Made by a program: the position numbers and the translations under genes
Assembly (NCBI GenBank): GCA_048938005.1
Contig: JBHLMQ010000042.1
Span: forward strand, 1-27,420
Direction of reading: 5' to 3'
Length of the DNA: 27,420 nucleotides
Origin: Promethearchaeota archaeon
Lineage (GTDB): Archaea > Asgardarchaeota > Lokiarchaeia > Sigyniarchaeales > SOKP01
Notes under the pieces: model-generated
What the model was told of the DNA's origin: nothing
Database searches by the model: none
The model's input: the letters and a program-made list of their open reading frames with translations, nothing else
Shown: positions 18,754-27,420 of the stretch, in pieces
How the letters are laid out: each line of letters begins with the position of its first letter
How positions within the stretch are numbered: position 1 is the first letter of the stretch

Positions 18754-19008
18754 TTAATAAAAAGATCTTCGGCTATTCCTACTTGGGCGGGGTCCCTTTT
18801 CAATTATTTTTACGTTGCTAGCTTGTGGACCCTTTTGACCCTCTGAAACTTCATATTCCACGATATCTCCCTCATAAATTATCTTGAATTCACCAGCTTC
18901 TCCTTGTATGGCAGAATAATGAACAAATATATCAGGAGATCCGTCATCTGGAGTAATGAACCCATAGCCCTTTTTTTTGTTAAACCACTTTACTGTTCCT
19001 TTTCCCAT
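18754..19008 (-). CDS. csp: Cold-shock domain protein with an Arg-rich tail
   Basis: [13 protein letters not shown] (RNP1), DIFVHYSAI (RNP2) and KGPQASNV. Confidence 0.95.
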   Translation of the reverse strand: MGKGTVKWFNKKKGYGFITPDDGSPDIFVHYSAIQGEAGEFKIIYEGDIVEYEVSEGQKGPQASNVKIIEKGPRPSRNSRRSFY

Positions 19009-19386
19009 TGAAAAAACCTATAGAAATTTGGGATTATTAAATGTAAGTATTTCTTTGTAATAAGTTTATGCTAAAATTTTTTTGCATGTGATTATTCAAA
19101 CTCAAAATAAATTAAAAAAATTATCCAAATTTTACTCATTATAAATCATTAAAAAATTTTGATGAATTTTGATGATATTAGTCTTCAATCTATTATATTT
19201 TGACAAACGAAATGTATAGCGTTGAGAAATTTAAAGGGTGAATAATAATCAAAATAAAAATTTTGAAGAACTACTCCGTCCGAGGTCAGTGCTTTATAAC
19301 CTTAATCATCCTGATGAGAAAATCAGGTTAAAAACACTAAAAAAATATAAAAGGATAAATTAGTATCTTGTCCTTTCCTTTTAAAA

Positions 19387-19656
19387 GTGGCAGAAACCCA
19401 TAGAGCGGAAAAAGCAATATCAACGGGACTATATTCAGTAATACGACATCCACAATACTTTAGTGGCATTTTAGCTCATATTGGAATTTCTATTTTATTA
19501 TCTTCATTCCTAGCTTTAATAACTATACCACTTGTAGTTTTATTAAATTATCTCATCGCATGGAAAGAGGAAAGAGAATTAATTAATGATTTTGTTAAAG
19601 AATGTGAAGATTATAAAAAAAAAGTTCCTATATTTATACCAAAATTAAGAAAATAG
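19387..19656 (+). pseudogene. C-terminal fragment of an ICMT/PEMT-family membrane methyltransferase (probably 5'-truncated)
   Basis: TGLYSVIRHPQY and EE.EL...F...EDYKKKVP.FIP motifs are present. An in-frame TAA at 19348-19350 leaves no room for the usual N-terminal TM helices. Confidence 0.55.
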
Positions 19657-19753
19657 TTATAAATTACTTTTTAAATGGTTTTTTGATCTTTTAAAAAAGT
19701 ATTTGAGTAAAGTACTATTTTGCTTTTTAATTTAATAAGAATAGCTTAAAATT

Positions 19754-21031
19754 GTGCAAGAACAGAAAAAAGCTCAAGAAAAAACTACTATTACAAAACA
19801 ATCGTTATTAGCTTATCGAGCATGGCCAGTTTTCCTGCTAGCGTTTATAAGATTATTTTATGTTTCTATTTTTGAAAGAGCTTTATCGAATTATCTATAT
19901 TATGATATAGGGATTAACGAAAGTACTTTAGGTTTTATATCTAGCGCTGGTGCTCTTATTTACATTGTAGCTCCAATTTTTGGGCAATTTCTTACAAACA
20001 AATTTTTAGGAACTAGAAATGCTCTTATATTAACTTCAGTTTTAACACCATTATTAACTGGGCTTCAAATATTATATCCCGAGGCTTGGTTCTTAATTAT
20101 TTGCCGTATTTTACTAGGATTAATATTGGGATTATATTGGCCAAACAGCCTCAACTTATTAAGTAAATGGCAAAAAATAAGTAGTATTGAAAAATCAAAG
20201 AAGAATTTTGCATTATTTAATCTTTCTTGGAACTCGGGATTTATAAGCGGGCTTATTGTTGGTTTTCTTTGGGCATTCTCTTGGAGTGATTTTCTTGCTA
20301 TGATTCTCTCGTGGTCAATATCTTTTTTGTTAATCCCTGTAAGTTTTTTCATAAAAGAGGAAAAAAAACCGGAGATTTCAAAAGAACTTGTAATTTATCA
20401 ATCAGAAGACCCACTTTCTCACTTAGATATCGAAGAAGATTTGGTAGTTAATGGAAATACACCCATGATTGTATATCCTGTTCTTTTTTCATGGATAAGC
20501 ATAATTTTTTTAGCGATATCAAAATCAATTTTTATTTTTGGTTATCCTATTCTTGTAAAAGCCCTTCTATCCGAGGAGTTTTCCTATTTAACTTATCTCG
20601 TACAATGTGGAGTACAATTTATGCAACTCGTTGGTTTAATTTGGATAAATTCAATGAAAATCTATAGTAGAAAAATAGCTTCACTGATAAGTATTATAAC
20701 AGTCTCTTTAATCGCACTAACAATTGTTCTTGTTGGAGATATTTGGTACATTTCAATAATAAGCGCTATTAGTGGACTACTTTTAGGTTTAATTCATGGT
20801 GTTGGGATGAAAATAATGCTTGAATATGGTACAGCAGAAAATAGCTCAAAATATTCCACAATAAATGAAATCTTAATAGGAATAGGTTTCGGTTTAACTC
20901 CAATAATTGCAGGATATGTTATTGAAGTATATCTATACGGAATACACTGGTTTTTAACAATTCTAGGACCTATTATTTTAATACTTCTTATATTTCTTTC
21001 TCGAAATATCAAAAGAGAAGGAATCAAATAG
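19754..21031 (+). CDS. MFS transporter
   Basis: About 12 TM helices in 6+6 arrangement with a central hydrophilic loop, and GQFLTNKFLGTR (motif A-like). Confidence 0.85.
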   Translation: MQEQKKAQEKTTITKQSLLAYRAWPVFLLAFIRLFYVSIFERALSNYLYYDIGINESTLGFISSAGALIYIVAPIFGQFLTNKFLGTRNALILTSVLTPLLTGLQILYPEAWFLIICRILLGLILGLYWPNSLNLLSKWQKISSIEKSKKNFALFNLSWNSGFISGLIVGFLWAFSWSDFLAMILSWSISFLLIPVSFFIKEEKKPEISKELVIYQSEDPLSHLDIEEDLVVNGNTPMIVYPVLFSWISIIFLAISKSIFIFGYPILVKALLSEEFSYLTYLVQCGVQFMQLVGLIWINSMKIYSRKIASLISIITVSLIALTIVLVGDIWYISIISAISGLLLGLIHGVGMKIMLEYGTAENSSKYSTINEILIGIGFGLTPIIAGYVIEVYLYGIHWFLTILGPIILILLIFLSRNIKREGIK

Positions 21032-21067
21032 TCTTATAAAATTTTAAAAAAAAAGAGAAAAAAAATT

Positions 21068-21430
21068 TTATTCTATTTTAACATCTATAGTATCTTTCAG
21101 TGTGTCTATATATGGGACTTCAATCTTAAGTAATCCGTTTTTATAAGTTGATTTCGCTTTCTCAGGGTCAACGGGACAACACAATTGATAAATCGCACCA
21201 TAATTAATTGTATCACTTTCACCATAAACAACTAAATTATCATTATTCATTTTTAATTTAATAGTATCCTTTTCTACTCCGGGTAGCACGATTTCAATGA
21301 CAGAGCCTGTACTATCTTCATTATTATATGTGCAGATCTCAGGAATTACGATTCTCTTTTTAGGCTTTTCTTCTACTTCTTCAATTTCACCTTTTTCTTC
21401 AACTTCTGCTAATTCTGACATAAATTTCAC
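21068..21430 (-). CDS. hsp20: Hsp20/alpha-crystallin small heat-shock protein
   Basis: IVLPGVEKDTI and VDPEKAKSTYKNGLLKIEVP. Confidence 0.9.
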   Translation of the reverse strand: MKFMSELAEVEEKGEIEEVEEKPKKRIVIPEICTYNNEDSTGSVIEIVLPGVEKDTIKLKMNNDNLVVYGESDTINYGAIYQLCCPVDPEKAKSTYKNGLLKIEVPYIDTLKDTIDVKIE

Positions 21431-21577
21431 CTTAATTTTTTTTGTTTTAATTACTTTAAAATGAAAATCTATAGATTTCTATGTTCGTATAATAAAAAAT
21501 CAAAAGTTCTTTGAAAATGAGTTAAAAAAATTAAGTGAATTTTGTTGAATACTTTTAAAAATAAAAAAACCTATCAA

Positions 21578-22093
21578 TTATTGCATTCTATACTTCTTTT
21601 GATGATTTATATTTTTTTCATTTTGATTTTTAATTATGCCATTTAAGTGATTTACTAATTTTGCTTCTAAATCGGGATTAGTTGGATATCCCCTCTCAAT
21701 ATTTTTTGTAATATGATTTCTTATAAAAAATTCAAGGTCTGTTGAAGACCCAAGTTTTTCAATTAGATAGTTAATTTCATATTCATCGTCCACAACATTG
21801 GATAAGAACATATAAATCATTATACTTACTGCTTCTTCTAAATCTCTAGCTCCAACCACGAGAACAGTCCCTCTACTGAACCAGTCTCCATTATAACTAA
21901 AGAGATTTGTGTTCCCCCATTTTTTTATCCGGTCTTTCAAGAAATCTAATACACCAAGAATCTCTAAAGGCGATTTGTGTTGATTCAGCTTGAAAAATAT
22001 ACCACATTCAGCCTTTTGCTCATAAATGGTTATTAAATTATTTATTTGTATTTTTAATTTAACCTTCTGTGATAGCAAGTTATTTTTTTTCAT
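21578..22093 (-). CDS. Hypothetical protein
   Basis: 171-aa ORF with globular-looking composition and no recognised motif. Confidence 0.65.
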   Translation of the reverse strand: MKKNNLLSQKVKLKIQINNLITIYEQKAECGIFFKLNQHKSPLEILGVLDFLKDRIKKWGNTNLFSYNGDWFSRGTVLVVGARDLEEAVSIMIYMFLSNVVDDEYEINYLIEKLGSSTDLEFFIRNHITKNIERGYPTNPDLEAKLVNHLNGIIKNQNEKNINHQKKYRMQ

Positions 22094-22220
22094 ATTATCA
22101 TATTATCAAATAAAAAAAACCTCTTATAGATATCTAATAATAAAAACCTATATTTTTCTATTCTTATGCAAGAATTGGACTAATGAAGACTTAAGATTAC
22201 TTTTTTGTATAATCAATTTA

Positions 22221-22451
22221 ATGACTATATTATTTTCATTATTTGAGGATTCTTGGACAACTCCAATCCCAGAAGATACCGCAGTAGAGATTTGCCATCA
22301 AATTCAGAAATATCATAAGGAAAAAAACATAATCTATTCAAATTGTCTTTGTCATTTTTGCGAGAGGAATATTTTCAAAGATGGTAAAAATAATAGAGGT
22401 TGTTCTTTAATAAACCATCAATATGATAAATTTCATCAAAATCTACTCTAA
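22221..22451 (+). CDS. Small Cys/His-rich hypothetical protein (76 aa; in-frame restart of the 22026 ORF)
   Basis: MTILFSLFEDSW...EICHQ...NCLCHFC...RGCSL. The ATG at 22221 avoids overlap with the divergent 21578-22093 gene. Confidence 0.5.
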   Translation: MTILFSLFEDSWTTPIPEDTAVEICHQIQKYHKEKNIIYSNCLCHFCERNIFKDGKNNRGCSLINHQYDKFHQNLL

Positions 22452-22550
22452 TTGTGTTAGAGGTTATTTGATTTTTATTTTAAAACAAACAAAAAATTTA
22501 ATTGAAATTCATTTTATTCTAATGTAAATTTTAAATGAGAAATTATTCTG

Positions 22551-23660
22551 GTGTTAATATTGTTTTGTTATAATTGTGGTCAAAAAATTGATGCTGCTGC
22601 TATATATTGCGAGCAATGTGGAGTTAAAGTAAGAAAAGAAGATGCGACAAAATGGATTAGTGAATCCGAAGGATTGAATCGGTATTATGAATTAGAATAT
22701 GAATTAGAAGATATAAATGATGAATTAGGCACCTTAACCTCAAAACAAGCATACTTAGCTCGTTTACAACAGTCCAGAGATCAAAAGTTTAACCAACTAC
22801 AACTTGTTCGCAATGTAATGTTAAAAGAAAAAAAGGATTACGATTCTCTAGTAAAAGTAAGTTTCTCTTCAATAAAAGCGCGATTAAGTGGAGATTTAGA
22901 TGAAAGAAAACGAAAAGAGGAAATAGAATATTTAGAGGCCTTGGCTAATTTCGAATATGTAGAAAAAGAACATAATCAACTCGATGCTGAAGTTAAAAAA
23001 GTTCAAAATGAAATAGACCGCATTAAAGGATTAAAATCACATATTCCAGCACTCGAAAATGAGATGGAAAAAATATTGGCTCAAATTACTGCGGGTAAAA
23101 CAACAGATAGACTTAAAGAATTGGAACGACAATATGAGCAAATAGAGAAAGATGTAACAAAAGCACAAGACATTGAGAATAAATTTAAACAAGCAGATTC
23201 ACTTCTACTTGAAGCAGAAAATCATTTGAATAGCTCGTTAAATAGCCTAAGATCTGCTGAAGGATTAGGCACATGGGATACATTCTTTCGTGGAGGTTTC
23301 TTTATTGATTCTATAAAACATGGTAATTTAGATGGAGCACGTCACAATATTAATCAAGCTCAAGCACTTGTAAGGCGAGCTAAAGAATTAGTTGATGTAA
23401 TTGATGACATCTATATAGATTTTGAAGCACCTAACTTATTCTTCGACATGTTTTTTGATAACTTTTTCTTTGATCTATTTGGCAATACAAAAATCACTCG
23501 TACAAGAGAAAGAGTCGAAGGTGCCATCTATCAGCTTAATAATAGTCGAACAACATTAAATAGTAATCTAAACCAGTGGCAACAAAAGAGACATGATTTG
23601 ATTGCTAATATAAATAAAGTTAGAAAACAAATTCGAGAAGAGAGATTATCCCTATTATAA
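22551..23660 (+). CDS. Zinc-ribbon plus long coiled-coil protein
   Basis: CYNCG...CEQCG, extended heptads, and C-terminal TWDTFFRGG and FDMFFDNFFFD motifs. Confidence 0.8.
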   Translation: MLILFCYNCGQKIDAAAIYCEQCGVKVRKEDATKWISESEGLNRYYELEYELEDINDELGTLTSKQAYLARLQQSRDQKFNQLQLVRNVMLKEKKDYDSLVKVSFSSIKARLSGDLDERKRKEEIEYLEALANFEYVEKEHNQLDAEVKKVQNEIDRIKGLKSHIPALENEMEKILAQITAGKTTDRLKELERQYEQIEKDVTKAQDIENKFKQADSLLLEAENHLNSSLNSLRSAEGLGTWDTFFRGGFFIDSIKHGNLDGARHNINQAQALVRRAKELVDVIDDIYIDFEAPNLFFDMFFDNFFFDLFGNTKITRTRERVEGAIYQLNNSRTTLNSNLNQWQQKRHDLIANINKVRKQIREERLSLL

Positions 23661-23689
23661 TCAATAAAGAATAAAAAAAAAATTAACTT

Positions 23690-24841
23690 TTATTTTCTAT
23701 ATTTCCCATAAGTTTTACATGTGTCTATCATAATTTTTACATTTTCAAGTTTAGCATTATCAGGTATTTCTGAACCTACAAAAAGTCCACCACCTTCAGC
23801 ACATTTATCAATTATCTCTTTTGTTTGTTTTTCAACCATAGCTGGAGTTCCTAATGTAAATAAAGAAGGTTTTAGATTTCCTTGAATGCACATATGATCA
23901 CCCAATATATCCTTTGCTTTGAAAATATCGGTTCTCTCATCCATATGCATGTAAATTCTTCCTTTTGGTAACTCCCTTAAATAGTGTAAACGATCTGTCC
24001 AATTAGTATCCATGTGAAGTTGTACAATAAATCCATCGTTTACATATCTGGAGACCATTTTCTTGAAATACGGCCAGAACAATTCTTCAAAATGCTTGAT
24101 AGAGATAAAATCAGAACTCGCTCTTGCTGCCCCAACTAAAATAGTCTTTCCACCGGATTTTAAAAAACCATATTCTCCCATTAAAATCAATTTATCAATC
24201 AGATAATCACTTACTTCTATTATTTTATGAGGGTACCGATATATGTCTTTCATGAAGTTAGTTGAACCCCTAAATACAGATAAAAGATCGAAAGGAGGAA
24301 TTGCTGCTCCATCATTGAAGGTAGGTACTTGAAATTCTGTCCACCATTTTACAGTATTTTCTTTAACTTTTTCACCTATTTTTCCTAACTTCCTCATATC
24401 TTTCATGCTTGCCCTTCTAAAATTTGCTAACCAGAACAATCCTTCTTCGATTATGCGATCATAATCGTTTTCAGTCATAAATGGATCTGTAAGGCTTTGC
24501 TCAAAAAGTTGTGGCGATGCATTTTTATCTAGCATACGTCCGGGTAATCTCCAATCAAGGTAAAAAACTGAAAAAAAATCGGGAAAGGGATTAACGTATT
24601 GCATATACATTCCACCTCCTGCCATAGCAATATCATATCCACCTAATTTATGATAGATCCACTCATTTGCTGCTTGTGATTTATCCGGATCTTCAATCAT
24701 TTCCTGAGCAGTAACATCAGTATAGTATACCGGAAGAAAGTCTATTAGAGGCCAAACAGGTACTCTATCAGGTTCCTTTAAATCTATAGCAGTTAACACC
24801 CTTTCAACTGAAGTCATAGGTTCTTCCATGATATCCTTCAT
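23690..24841 (-). CDS. Uroporphyrinogen decarboxylase / MtaA-CmuA family methylcobamide methyltransferase
   Basis: ERVLTAI...PDRVPV, LHMD, CIQGNL, GTP..VEKQTKEIIDK, and IPDNAKLENV. The start was moved to ATG 24841 because of a strong upstream AAGGAGG. Confidence 0.85.
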   Translation of the reverse strand: MKDIMEEPMTSVERVLTAIDLKEPDRVPVWPLIDFLPVYYTDVTAQEMIEDPDKSQAANEWIYHKLGGYDIAMAGGGMYMQYVNPFPDFFSVFYLDWRLPGRMLDKNASPQLFEQSLTDPFMTENDYDRIIEEGLFWLANFRRASMKDMRKLGKIGEKVKENTVKWWTEFQVPTFNDGAAIPPFDLLSVFRGSTNFMKDIYRYPHKIIEVSDYLIDKLILMGEYGFLKSGGKTILVGAARASSDFISIKHFEELFWPYFKKMVSRYVNDGFIVQLHMDTNWTDRLHYLRELPKGRIYMHMDERTDIFKAKDILGDHMCIQGNLKPSLFTLGTPAMVEKQTKEIIDKCAEGGGLFVGSEIPDNAKLENVKIMIDTCKTYGKYRK

Positions 24842-24843
24842 CT

Positions 24844-25485
24844 TTATCCCTCCTTCACCCATTTTGTTATTATATTCACACCCTCAAAAGCATTGTCAGT
24901 AAATGCATCAGCTCCTGCTTTTTTCATCCACATTTCGTCAACAGGTAAACCACCAATTATGATTTTTACTTTATCTCTTAACCCTTCCGTTTTCAATGCT
25001 TCTGTTATTTCTTGCATAGCCTCAAGAGCTACTGTGAGTAATCCTGAATATGCAACAATACGAGCATTTGTTTCTTTTACTTTTTCAATAAATACTTCGG
25101 GTGGAACATCAACACCTAAATCGAACACTTCAAATCCAGCGGATTGCAAAAGTGTAACAAAAATATTTTTTCCGATATCATGCACATCACCTTGGACTGT
25201 TCCAACAACAACAGCTATACCCTGCTGTCCGCTTTCTGTCTCCTTTTCTAATGCAGGTTGAAGAATTTTAGCAGATTTTTGGAATATTTCTCCAGCCATT
25301 ACAAGCTCAGTTAAAAAATATTCTTTTTTATTAAATTTATCTCCAATAATTTCAACGCCCTTGCGTAGAATATCAATTATATCCTTTGCATTAGTTCCCT
25401 CCTCTAACAATTTCCTCACAAGGGAATATGACCTTTCTTCTTCCAACTCTACAACTGCATCAATAAGTTCTTCTTTACTGCTCAT
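24844..25485 (-). CDS. Corrinoid (B12-binding) protein, MtaC/MttC-like
   Basis: B12 cap domain (EYFLTELVMAGE), GDVHDIGKN (DxHxxG), DLGVDV, YSGLLT and IGG. Upstream GGAGG. Confidence 0.93.
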   Translation of the reverse strand: MSSKEELIDAVVELEEERSYSLVRKLLEEGTNAKDIIDILRKGVEIIGDKFNKKEYFLTELVMAGEIFQKSAKILQPALEKETESGQQGIAVVVGTVQGDVHDIGKNIFVTLLQSAGFEVFDLGVDVPPEVFIEKVKETNARIVAYSGLLTVALEAMQEITEALKTEGLRDKVKIIIGGLPVDEMWMKKAGADAFTDNAFEGVNIITKWVKEG

Positions 25486-25639
25486 TTCTTTCTTTACCTC
25501 CTTTCTTTTTCTTCATATAGGCAAAGATTAAACGTTTCATAGAAAATTTTTTTCCATTTTTCCCCCACAGAATCTTTCCTATCGCTTCATAAACCTCATC
25601 TTTATCGGCATAATTCGGTTTCTTTGAAAATTCTTCCAT
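25475..25639 (-). CDS. Small basic hypothetical protein (54 aa) leading the corrinoid operon; not in the ORF track
   Basis: MEEFSKKPNYADKDEVYEAIGKILWGKNGKKFSMKRLIFAYMKKKKGGKERNEQ*, with upstream GGGAG. Its stop overlaps the corrinoid gene start by 11 nt. Confidence 0.55.
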   Translation of the reverse strand: MEEFSKKPNYADKDEVYEAIGKILWGKNGKKFSMKRLIFAYMKKKKGGKERNEQ

Positions 25640-25776
25640 TTTTTAAGCTCCCGTTTATATTTCCTAATCAAAATTTTTATAACAAATATAATTCAATCTT
25701 AGAATTAATAAAACTTAATTTTTTTACAAATTATTTCTTTTTTAACTTAAAATACTGAAAAGCAAAATCTGTGGCT

Positions 25777-27420
25777 TTAAAAAGTTTTTGGAAAATACTC
25801 CTCAATAATTTTTACCCAAGGATGGCTTTTAACTTTTTGAGTTTCAAGATATATATCTTTGTCATTTTTTATTTTTATAATACATTCTTGAATCTTTTCT
25901 ATCGAGCTTGATTTCACATTAACTAAATATTGAGATATTCGGTTAATTAAATTTATATTTAAGGCATCCATTTGAAATTTGTGGCAAAATATCACTTCGA
26001 AGATTAAAAGATTTATCAACTCCTCAAAGAATAAGATAAATTCCTTGTTTTGCTCTCTTAAAGTATCGTTACTATTCATAATAATCATAATATCTGAAAT
26101 AAAATTAAGAATTTCATAATCCTCCCGTAGATTAAGTGGTAGTCTATTGACATTATTCACTGAAATTTCTGTTGTTAAATGTGCCCCTAAATTAAATACA
26201 AAATCATAATAAAAATTCATTAGTTTTGAATTCATTAATAGTAGAAGGTATTTTAAACTAATATCTCCATCAAGACCCTCTTTTGGAATAATAGTAATAC
26301 ATGTGCTTAAAGGATAATAATTTTGATTATCATAAGCCGCAGTAAGATTTGAACTAATTGTTCGGATAATTAATTTCTCAGTTCTTAAAAATATCTTTTC
26401 GTTTCTAGCTCTATGAAGTAATTTAGGATTATAATGTATGTATAAATCTTCGAAATCTATATAAAACCGTCCGATATTTTTACCTCTGAGAGTTTTCTTA
26501 TATGAGTCGTTAATTTTATAATTTGCTAAGAATTTCGCATCATCTCCGGTAGCTATGCATGTTTTAGCTTCAAAGTACTTAGCTAAATCGCAATCTTTAT
26601 TTTCTTTAATATAGTTAATTATTTCAAGTTCCTCATATTGGAGGTTTAAATTAATATTATAGTTTTCTTGTTCTAAAAAAGTATTTTGGGCTATATGTTT
26701 TACTGTCAAATCTCGAAATGTAAAATATTTTTGATTAGATAATTTAGCTTTTATTAGTATTTTATGACCTTCTGCAGGAGATCTTGTTGTTAATACTATA
26801 ATTACCGTTTCAGCAGTTACAAATTGAAATGCTCTTGCCCCTACATCGATGATTTCTTCAATTGTAGTATCTTCTAAAAGGTGCTTCCTTAACAAAATAT
26901 AATTATTTGAGCGAATAATATTCTTGTGAACAATGTAACTGATCCTTGAAGATGTGTGGCATAATTTGATAGATCGTTCAATAAAAATTCCAAATGCATT
27001 CATTAAACCCTTTGGCGTCTCATACCTGTCTTGATATATTGCTTTCTCGAGAGGACTCAACTGTTTATTAGAAATATAGGGCGGATTTTCGATAATAATA
27101 TCGAAACCACCTTTTGCCATTATTTCGGGAAATTCATTGAACCAATGAAACGGCTTTAAAGCTAATACCATAGTTTTCTTTTCTTTTTCTGTTAATTTAA
27201 TCTTCTTTAAATCTTTGTGAGTTAGAAAAATACTTTTTATTTCATCATAAAAGCAATCATTTAAGTCTGTATAACGTGAAGTATCAATTTCTGTTTGATT
27301 TATGAAACCAATTATAGCATTACCTACTTTGTAATTGAATTCAATATTTGGTAAAGTCCTACCATTCTCTGTATATGAATCCATTTTTTCAAGAGCTAAA
27401 ATTAATCTCTGCTTGGTAAT
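25777..27420 (-). CDS. N6-adenine DNA methyltransferase, Eco57I/TaqI-like (partial, 5' end outside the window)
   Basis: The frame is open to the window edge (ITKQRLILAL...LPNIEFNYKVGN), with FHWFNEFPEI..GGFDIIIENPPY (motif IV) and a TaqI_C-like target-recognition region (LRGKNIGRF, EKLIIR, LLMNSKL). Confidence 0.88.
   Translation of the reverse strand: MTKQRLILALEKMDSYTENGRTLPNIEFNYKVGNAIIGFINQTEIDTSRYTDLNDCFYDEIKSIFLTHKDLKKIKLTEKEKKTMVLALKPFHWFNEFPEIMAKGGFDIIIENPPYISNKQLSPLEKAIYQDRYETPKGLMNAFGIFIERSIKLCHTSSRISYIVHKNIIRSNNYILLRKHLLEDTTIEEIIDVGARAFQFVTAETVIIVLTTRSPAEGHKILIKAKLSNQKYFTFRDLTVKHIAQNTFLEQENYNINLNLQYEELEIINYIKENKDCDLAKYFEAKTCIATGDDAKFLANYKINDSYKKTLRGKNIGRFYIDFEDLYIHYNPKLLHRARNEKIFLRTEKLIIRTISSNLTAAYDNQNYYPLSTCITIIPKEGLDGDISLKYLLLLMNSKLMNFYYDFVFNLGAHLTTEISVNNVNRLPLNLREDYEILNFISDIMIIMNSNDTLREQNKEFILFFEELINLLIFEVIFCHKFQMDALNINLINRISQYLVNVKSSSIEKIQECIIKIKNDKDIYLETQKVKSHPWVKIIEEYFPKTF

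Noticed and set aside
19310-19330. Hammerhead ribozyme core (CTGATGAG...GAAA)
   Set aside because: CTGATGA is followed directly by GAAA with no stem II, and stems I and III could not be built.
22026-22220. N-terminal extension of the 22026-22451 ORF
   Set aside because: It overlaps the divergent gene and spans AT-rich promoter-like DNA. ATG 22221 is the more plausible start.
8695-25261. Other short overlapping ORFs in the track (8695, 8870, 9447, 9635, 10101, 10924, 12615, 13287, 13951, 14022, 15704, 16606, 20065, 20794, 24893)
   Set aside because: They lie opposite confident CDSs and have antisense-like composition.
1-27420. CRISPR arrays, tRNA/rRNA genes, transposases or integrases
   Set aside because: No regularly spaced repeats, no GC-rich structural RNA-like stretch and no DDE or tyrosine-recombinase motifs were seen.

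Overview
AT-rich (~30% GC by eye), gene-dense prokaryotic window that is most likely from an Asgard archaeon (Lokiarchaeia-like). This is inferred from a single-pass surface glycoprotein with a cytoplasmic longin-like domain, a gelsolin-domain protein, and archaeal-style zinc-ribbon and corrinoid genes. The standout is a divergent ArsR-associated locus (about 4259-8398). On one side are arsR and a membrane protein. On the other are a palindromic operator candidate, an unannotated 27-aa peptide with two Cys-Cys pairs, an iron-sulfur flavoprotein, a class I SAM-methyltransferase fused in frame to a full HgcA-like corrinoid/membrane protein (cap-helix variant NVWCAARG), and an HgcB-like 2x[4Fe-4S] ferredoxin ending in CCG. 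It looks like a self-contained SAM-to-corrinoid-to-metal(loid) methylation system related to mercury-methylating HgcAB. The rest holds a sulfatase, two MFS transporters, a GNAT, a secreted PA/M28-like plus alpha/beta-hydrolase fusion, an RNase J-like metallo-hydrolase, flavoredoxin, SCP2, a cold-shock protein, Hsp20, a corrinoid protein plus MtaA/UroD-family methyltransferase operon, and a partial N6-adenine DNA methyltransferase. No rRNA, tRNA, CRISPR array or transposase was seen. All calls come from reading motifs by eye; no searches were run.
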